This document shows, in pieces, positions 58,801 through 64,000 of a stretch of 64,000 nt of DNA (positions within the stretch are counted from its first letter, which is position 1; the number at the start of each line of letters is the position of its first letter). This stretch comes from a virus. A model generated the notes under the pieces. That model was given only the letters and a program-made list of their open reading frames with translations, was not told where the DNA came from and ran no database searches. Both the position numbers and the translations under genes were made by a program. The stretch lies in IMG/VR virus record IMGVR_UViG_3300009159_000032. One strand, written 5' to 3'.

Positions 58801-59552
58801 GTATTAGCACTAGAACTACCTTTTGAATCGTTTCTAAATAAAAGACTGAACTGATCTGCAGGTTTAGGCACAGATTCATAGATATATTCTTTTCCTGTGA
58901 ATTCGCAACTGGTAATTTCAAACGGCATTGAGATTCCGCCAATTGACTTAGAGAATGAAAAAACTGGGACATCGGAATTAGCTGAATTTATTTTATATTG
59001 TTCTGTAGGTATTGAACTGATTAATTTTTTATCGTAAGGTTTGCCAAACGTAGTACTACCTGGCATTGCTGAATTGAGTACGGTAATAAACTGTTGGTAC
59101 CAGTTTAAGTTACTAGAATCATTCCATGCTATAATAGAATTTGCAAGATTGCTACCATTTGCATCAAACACATTATCAGTGGTAGATATTGCTGTTAATT
59201 TCAACAATCCGTTAGCTGGAATATTTCGTGTAGCATTGTAATTGATCAGCTGTGCAAGACGCAGAATACTGTCACGACGCTGTGCAGTTTCTAAGAAATT
59301 TTCGCGGGCATTTAAATCAACACGGAAACTTAAATTCTGTCCAAGATATGCTATTAAGTCAACTAGTGCAATAAACTCGCTTGATTCAATATAATCATTG
59401 AAATCTTCAGGGTATTTTTCACGTAGATATGAAATCATTGTTCTACGTAGAGTTTCAAAATCGTAGCTCTTAAAGTCAGAATTTTTAAAAGATTGGTATA
59501 CCTTTTTCCAATCTTCGGCTACAAGTAATTTAGAATTTGTTGACGGAATCAT
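55887..59552 (-). CDS. baseplate wedge subunit (T4 gp6-like)
   Basis: Motifs DFETLR, EDFNDY..S.FIAL.D..AY.G, ENFLETAQRR.S..RLAQLINY, IK.KAP..Y.TQNRMVT.EDY; follows the gp25-like gene. Confidence 0.85.
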   Translation of the reverse strand: MIPSTNSKLLVAEDWKKVYQSFKNSDFKSYDFETLRRTMISYLREKYPEDFNDYIESSEFIALVDLIAYLGQNLSFRVDLNARENFLETAQRRDSILRLAQLINYNATRNIPANGLLKLTAISTTDNVFDANGSNLANSIIAWNDSSNLNWYQQFITVLNSAMPGSTTFGKPYDKKLISSIPTEQYKINSANSDVPVFSFSKSIGGISMPFEITSCEFTGKEYIYESVPKPADQFSLLFRNDSKGSSSANTGFFTHFRQGTLNLTSFNIDAPVPNEIVGINASNINDSDTWLWQIDANGNYSVNWTKVNNVVGNNVIYNSLNNNQRNIFAVTTRENDQIDLNFADGLFGNLPKGNFIFFYRQSNGLKYSIKPEQINGVQIQVPYYNKSGQRHNLTMTFSLQYTVTNSEGSESDTNIKLKAPQAYYTQNRMVTGEDYNIAPLTAGADIIKVKSVNRISSGISKYFELSDVSGKYSSTNVFGSDGAIYQDNTVLTFDFSYTNKNEIYAAIINQMIPIVESTSMRNFYLNNWARPQLLDPKVYWQQITKSTNQTTGYFKDSLNTPLQAGVFSSNNLSYIRPNSLIKFIPPEGKYFLPNGTLTTVQDSTTREFQWTKTALIIGDGSYGGLGTLPDGTGPIILTQFVPTGAVAKEIIPSFDTVFSYTLQTDIVNLCLSKRNFGLSFALDTRQWYIITDTNLNSNGNFSIVYQKDVTNNNRDASWLFAFQWTGIGYQVKYRVTDYIFESENETAFYFDNTSKNFDFIKNTVVKDQIKILSTNPAPASYYGNAVLSINTNSAGSVTSFNIENRGSGFVTTPNITISLPGTGGNFIPLLKNGSISEIVVVNSGSGYRSTCSVTVGVSDAAYSTLPLGLDYGWQIDGNIIEADGYVEPKKIKISFLDEYDDGQIENPDAFDNIVATDSVSFQTGKKDKFIFFKQSTDGLTYSIVDGTNILSYPTEDDVPLPLTQYSDGQLFYFYDSSVDVIKSYSTSTTDSFTLESDYFAKPGRRGLTFQYRHNSGEDRRLDPSKTNLIDIFILTKSYDTEYRNWLTTTSGNEPFPPTSSALEENYSSSLETIKSISDELVYQPVKYKVLFGTKATRNLQATFKAVRNTSRSTTDNELKTKILLAIENFFNLENWEFGQTFYFSELSTYIMNSLTPDITNFIIVPKADIPFGSLYEIACQNNEIFINGASINDIEIIDAITANQIRTTENIVNSTSVGVY

Positions 59553-59571
59553 ATATTATCCAGTTATAGCA

Positions 59572-59605
59572 TATTTATTTTAATAATAAACTGCGTAGTT
59601 TATTA
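59572..59605 (-). promoter_or_regulatory. late-type promoter ATAAATA preceded by a perfect 9-bp hairpin
   Basis: ATAAATA on the - strand at 59572-59578. The inverted repeat TAATAAACT-GCGT-AGTTTATTA (59584-59605) overlaps the gp25 stop. Confidence 0.55.
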
Positions 59606-60037
59606 GCCGGCCAAGCCAACACGTTTATCAAATGATAATATCATATTATCGCTAACATCTGAGTTTCTATAACTTAAAGTTAACTCAAGAAGAAACCCAT
59701 AATCTTGTTCGACAATATTAATCAGAGTAGGCACTACTCGAGGATCTAAGTTTAATATTCTATCAATATCTGCCGCTATCTGTTGTTTTACTACAGGAGT
59801 TAATGGTTCGTAAATTAAATCCCATATGATAGAACCAAACTCAGGATTCATTACACGCTCGCCTTTACGTGTATTGAACTGATTGAGAATGTCTTGTTTT
59901 ATTAATTCATAGTCGTAGAGCTTGACATTAGTAGTAGTTTCATCAACTGTACTAAATCCTTTATAAAATTGACTGCGTTGTTGAGTTGTTACGTTGTCAG
60001 AATTGGCGGGTGTAATAATAGTATTTTTGTAGGCCAT
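59603..60037 (-). CDS. baseplate wedge protein (T4 gp25 / GPW-gp25-like)
   Basis: Motifs YKGFST, IKQDILNQFNTRKGERVMNPEFGSIIWDLIYEP and DPRV. Likely start is ATG 60037 (MAYKN), with ATAAATA 5 nt upstream. Confidence 0.9.
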   Translation of the reverse strand: MAYKNTIITPANSDNVTTQQRSQFYKGFSTVDETTTNVKLYDYELIKQDILNQFNTRKGERVMNPEFGSIIWDLIYEPLTPVVKQQIAADIDRILNLDPRVVPTLINIVEQDYGFLLELTLSYRNSDVSDNMILSFDKRVGLAG

Positions 60038-60045
60038 GATAGTAT

Positions 60046-62304
60046 TTATTTGGCTGGATAGGGGCCGGCTCTCCAACTCTCGCCACTGCCAGTTTTGATC
60101 GGATTTCCGTCCCTATCTTTCCATACTTGTGCCTCATCTGGTATTTTTAATACTTGTGTTCTAATATAGCTTACTTGATCTCTAACTTTGGCAGCTGCTT
60201 CAGCTTTGGTTATGTTTCCATCTTTGTTAAGATCGAGTCCTTTATTTTGTTCGTAGGCTTTTGAAGGACTCGAAAATAAAACATAATCATTAGGTTTGCC
60301 CACTGCGGCTGGCCAAAGAATAGCCATATAAAGATCTTCTAAAGTTACACTAGATAATTTTGCAATAGGACCTGCTTTAAAATATTTTAACACATAATCC
60401 ATTTGTTGAACTCGTGTCATAGTTCTCAATTCATCTGTTGTTGTACCAAGACTTACCGCAGTTGGTCTAATAAACTGTATTAATCCAGTAGCGCCAATAC
60501 TATTCTGTATCCCAGGATCCATTGTTCTTCCTGTTTCAAAGGCCATACAACATAGTAAATCAAGGTAAGAACATTTTAATTCTGTTGCAACAACTTTGAC
60601 TTTTTTATAAAACTCAATATCCTTTGTCCAGTCAGTGGGCATATTGGCTCTATTATAATTTGGAGGATTAGGGTCTGCCGATGTGGCCGGTCCTTGATTC
60701 TGATAAGGATTAACTACACTACCAAAATTTGTCGGAGTCGGGTTAACCCCTGCTTCAGCATCTGTTTGCGGGCTTGCAAATTGAGCAGCATTTATACTCT
60801 CATGATGATCCCAAGGCTCGTGTGTAGGAACCCGCTTCATTATAGAAGTTAGGTCTTGATCTTTATAAAACTTGCCGTCGTCCCAGCCAACTTCTTTATT
60901 TCTGTTAGGTAATTTAAATTTAGGTAATGCTGTAGGAATTGCCGCAAAATTAGAAGCTGTAGCCTTAGTTGCACTTACTGGAGTTGGGCCATTCATGTGA
61001 ATTTGACTTGCTTTTTCAATGTATTGCCCTGTAGCTTTTACATTAAAACTTGCACCAGATTGTTGGTACATGTCATAACCTGACTTAATATGCATTTCGT
61101 TAGTGGCAAAATTTAACATACTACTACCTGCATAGTTGTGAAAGTTTTGTGCCGCAGTTTGAAATATACCGGCTGCGGCACCTACATTTAAATTATTACC
61201 AACTGAATAGGTAGCATCAGTGTCTACGTTGTGATCAAGAGAACCAGAATAGGTAATATAACCGTTTTTACTAACCATTAGCGTATGATTGCCTACAACG
61301 TCAGTTTGCATATTCCCGCCAACTGACATGTTTAAATTCCTTCCTGCCTCAATATTAATATCTCTATCTGCACGAAAATTAAAATCTTGCTCTGTATGAA
61401 TACTAACACTGTCAGCAGCATATATGTCTATCTTACCGTTACTAGTTAGTTCAATCCAGGCTGTACCTCCAGCATTAGCAATATAGATTAGATCGTGACT
61501 GTTATGTAATAAAATTTGATGCCCTGTTCGAGTGCGGATTCGCACTAATTCATTCTGCCCGTCTTTATCTCCGTCATCCATTACAAAAGTTGTGCCGCCT
61601 AATCTGCTAGTAGGCGCTGTTGCAACAGTAGAATATCCTACATAACTTTTTTTACTATTAGGATCAATAGGGCCAGGTGTTGATATTCCAAAAACTTTGC
61701 TCGGTATTTCTCTACGGGCACTACTTGATGTTATTCCACGAATAGTGTCTGTTAGCAAACCCTGTGCTAATAATCGATCAGCAAAAGGATGTATTGGTTT
61801 GTTAAAACTATCAGGACGAGGATTTGATAAATCTCTACCCTTCTTTAAAAATTCTGCAACAGGCAAATTTCTTGTTCCGTATTTTCTTTCTTGTTCTGCT
61901 GATATTGCAACATTCTGACTGGCAGCAATTCCGGGAACCATATGATTTTGAAATGTAGCGGGAATACAGCCGAGCCAATAACCGTCATTAGGTTCGCCGT
62001 CAATAAACATACAGATCACAGTTGTTCCAACATCTGGAGGTACAAACCACATGCCGTAACTTTTCTGTACGTCTTCAAAATTTGAAGAATTTGCACCTTC
62101 GTAAGCAACTGAACTGACTCCGTAAAAAGGCGTCATCTGTCTAACTATTACTGTTTCATTCTGAAGTGTAAGTGAACCGCTAACTGATTTAGCCAGTACA
62201 ACTTCTAAACTGCCCATACGAGCAGGATCGAGGTAATTAGTTACTACTCCCAACCAAGGACCGGGATGAGGTAATTTTGATTTTCTTCTTTTAAATTCTG
62301 ACAT
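60046..62304 (-). CDS. baseplate hub / tail spike (gp5/VgrG-like) with C-terminal lysozyme-like domain
   Basis: N-terminal OB fold (GVV..YLDP.RMG.LEV; PPDVGT.VIC.F.DG...GYWLG), beta-helix repeats, and C-terminal AFETG..ATGLIQF plus DLNKDGNITKAE. Confidence 0.85.
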   Translation of the reverse strand: MSEFKRRKSKLPHPGPWLGVVTNYLDPARMGSLEVVLAKSVSGSLTLQNETVIVRQMTPFYGVSSVAYEGANSSNFEDVQKSYGMWFVPPDVGTTVICMFIDGEPNDGYWLGCIPATFQNHMVPGIAASQNVAISAEQERKYGTRNLPVAEFLKKGRDLSNPRPDSFNKPIHPFADRLLAQGLLTDTIRGITSSSARREIPSKVFGISTPGPIDPNSKKSYVGYSTVATAPTSRLGGTTFVMDDGDKDGQNELVRIRTRTGHQILLHNSHDLIYIANAGGTAWIELTSNGKIDIYAADSVSIHTEQDFNFRADRDINIEAGRNLNMSVGGNMQTDVVGNHTLMVSKNGYITYSGSLDHNVDTDATYSVGNNLNVGAAAGIFQTAAQNFHNYAGSSMLNFATNEMHIKSGYDMYQQSGASFNVKATGQYIEKASQIHMNGPTPVSATKATASNFAAIPTALPKFKLPNRNKEVGWDDGKFYKDQDLTSIMKRVPTHEPWDHHESINAAQFASPQTDAEAGVNPTPTNFGSVVNPYQNQGPATSADPNPPNYNRANMPTDWTKDIEFYKKVKVVATELKCSYLDLLCCMAFETGRTMDPGIQNSIGATGLIQFIRPTAVSLGTTTDELRTMTRVQQMDYVLKYFKAGPIAKLSSVTLEDLYMAILWPAAVGKPNDYVLFSSPSKAYEQNKGLDLNKDGNITKAEAAAKVRDQVSYIRTQVLKIPDEAQVWKDRDGNPIKTGSGESWRAGPYPAK

Positions 62305-62308
62305 TCTG

Positions 62309-64000
62309 TTAAGCCTGTTCTATCGGTGGTAAACCTAATCTTCTTCTTACAATAGGATCAGTGCCTTTATATGGAGGAGCATTAGGATCTCCTAATTTTT
62401 GTAATGATTGATTCATTAATTTATCTAAAGGAGACCCTACTGAGTTAGATAAACTGCCAAACTGAGATGTAACATTTTTTCCTAAATTTTCTATCTGTGT
62501 TAGATTAGATCCAGGGTTACCAAACGCCTGCTGGATACCACTGAACGCACCTTCTACGGATCCTGCTCCTGATAAACTAGCAGCAGATTTATATCCTATA
62601 CCGCCTAACGGATTTTGTAAACCTGCTGCAACATCATTTGCTGAAGCAGATCTCGGAATTAGATTATTCATCTGTTCTTGTAGTGACGAGAATTTTCCAG
62701 ATAACGAGTCAGTAGTGCCAAGGCCTAGAGCAGATAACGATGCTAGATTCCCAGAGCCAGGTAACGGTTTTGCCCCAGGCATTGGTGCTATACCTAGTCT
62801 AGCACGGATATAAGGATCTGTAGGATCTGCTTTGCCAAGAGCTTTAATTTGCTCAGGGGAAAGTCCTGCATAGGGATCGCCGTTTGCTAGTTTTTGTGCT
62901 GAAGCTGAAAGTCCTTGAACATTTATTCCAAATAAACTAGCGTTTCTTAATGCTTGATCAACTGGAATACCTTTTGCTGTAGCATCGGCAATTACGGCAC
63001 TTCGTTGTGCAGGAGTAAGCTCTGACGAAAAACTTCTTGCCGGAGTTGCCGCATAAGGAGCTTTTTGTTTAGGGGGAACTGCTGGTAGATTTTTCAATGT
63101 ATCTACTGCCAAACTACCCATGATAATTCCCTGCTCCTTAATTGCTTTTAGATTAACGTTTTGAGGAACTTCTTCAGCAATTGCTTTCATCTGAGGTGCA
63201 ACTTTGCTGTCAAGTTCGCCTTTAAGTCCAACTAGTTGTTGTGGGTCAATTCCTAATTTTGCGTATATTGCAGCTGGATTTGCTGTATGTCCGGGTAGAT
63301 TAACTCCGAATAAATCAGCGTTCCTCAATGCTTGTTCTGGGGAAATACCTTTTGATTTTGCATCTGCTATAACGGCTTCACGTTGACCTGCTGTTAAATT
63401 TGCGCCGGGTGCTGAAGCTTTTGGTAATCCGTATGAGTTAACATTTCCAATTTTATCTTTTATTTCAGCACCTAATGCGTCAGCAGATGTTTTAAAATCT
63501 AGGGCAGATTGTCGAGGATTATCTAATATTCCAGAGGCTGCTGTTTGTAGGCTTCTCATATTCGGAGACGATTCTAAATTTAAATTTTGAGTAGCGTCCA
63601 TTAATTTCCCTATGCCGCCCCCCATAGATGACCCTACAGATGAATTTAAAATATCGCCAGACGGGCCTGGTAATATTCCGTTGACTGTATCTCCAATTCT
63701 CCCCATAGCTGATGCCGATGCCGGTAATGCAAGTCCTAGACCTGCCAATGCGCCTGCATCTATTGATATTCCTTTGGCCAAAGGATTTATGCCAGAAAGA
63801 CTATCCCCCACAGATAGTCCCAGTTTATCGCCTACTTGATTTAACACTGACATACCTGGGCCAAGTGCTCCGCTAGTTTTTTTCAGTATTCCTGAAAGAT
63901 TTGCACCGTCTCCAGGTAATCCTGAAGTAGGTAGACCTCTTTGAATTAAACTGGTAAGTTGTACATCGTTTGGTTTTATACCAGATCGTGCCACATCTGG
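62309..64000 (-). CDS. G/A/S-rich structural protein with internal repeats, probably 5'-truncated by the window edge
   Basis: The frame stays open past GTG 63994 to the window end. Two 33-aa repeats lie at 63299-63397 and 62921-63019. Confidence 0.65.
   Translation of the reverse strand, partial: PDVARSGIKPNDVQLTSLIQRGLPTSGLPGDGANLSGILKKTSGALGPGMSVLNQVGDKLGLSVGDSLSGINPLAKGISIDAGALAGLGLALPASASAMGRIGDTVNGILPGPSGDILNSSVGSSMGGGIGKLMDATQNLNLESSPNMRSLQTAASGILDNPRQSALDFKTSADALGAEIKDKIGNVNSYGLPKASAPGANLTAGQREAVIADAKSKGISPEQALRNADLFGVNLPGHTANPAAIYAKLGIDPQQLVGLKGELDSKVAPQMKAIAEEVPQNVNLKAIKEQGIIMGSLAVDTLKNLPAVPPKQKAPYAATPARSFSSELTPAQRSAVIADATAKGIPVDQALRNASLFGINVQGLSASAQKLANGDPYAGLSPEQIKALGKADPTDPYIRARLGIAPMPGAKPLPGSGNLASLSALGLGTTDSLSGKFSSLQEQMNNLIPRSASANDVAAGLQNPLGGIGYKSAASLSGAGSVEGAFSGIQQAFGNPGSNLTQIENLGKNVTSQFGSLSNSVGSPLDKLMNQSLQKLGDPNAPPYKGTDPIVRRRLGLPPIEQA

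Noticed and set aside
1-64000. tRNA, rRNA or tmRNA genes
   Set aside because: Intergenic gaps are nearly all under about 70 nt and I found no cloverleaf or T-loop in them; a covariance-model scan would be needed to exclude one formally.
1-64000. Prophage in a bacterial chromosome, or eukaryotic/NCLDV origin
   Set aside because: There is no integrase, att site or host housekeeping operon. Dense overlapping genes, SD sequences, sigma70 and TATAAATA promoters and gp5/gp6/gp25 genes indicate a lytic-type T4-like bacteriophage.

Overview
This window is a 64-kb segment of a large, AT-rich, T4-like (myovirus-type) bacteriophage genome in the standard genetic code. It has two convergent gene blocks that meet at a bidirectional terminator (31621-31649). 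The + strand block (1-31622) has four parts. (1) The 3' part of a ClpA-type unfoldase gene. (2) A run of late-promoter-driven genes (2666-12129), many with a T4-like capsid-targeting N-terminus (MRIxELxE). Several look like protease-cleavable polyproteins: a 1357-aa protein with three nucleotidyltransferase folds, a zincin-LysM-GH19 hydrolase, and a Fe/Mn SOD. (3) A T4-like replication core: dsDNA-binding protein, family B DNA polymerase, sliding clamp and RNase H/flap nuclease. (4) A 7-deazaguanine DNA-modification cluster (TGT/DpdA-like, QueD, FolE, QueE) interrupted by a GT-B glycosyltransferase and an NDP-sugar dehydrogenase, followed by a MoxR-vWA pair. The - strand block (31648-64000) is the tail/baseplate module: four paralogous fibre genes, a collagen-like fibre with a blue-copper-type tip, a 4769-aa baseplate protein, and gp6-, gp25- and gp5-like genes. 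I found no tRNA, rRNA, CRISPR array, integrase, intron or intein. The best candidates for undescribed biology are (a) a modular virion-cargo polyprotein system with repeat-bounded modules and internal signal peptides exposed by cleavage, and (b) a possibly glycosylated 7-deazaguanine DNA modification. All family assignments come from motif recognition by eye; no database search was run.
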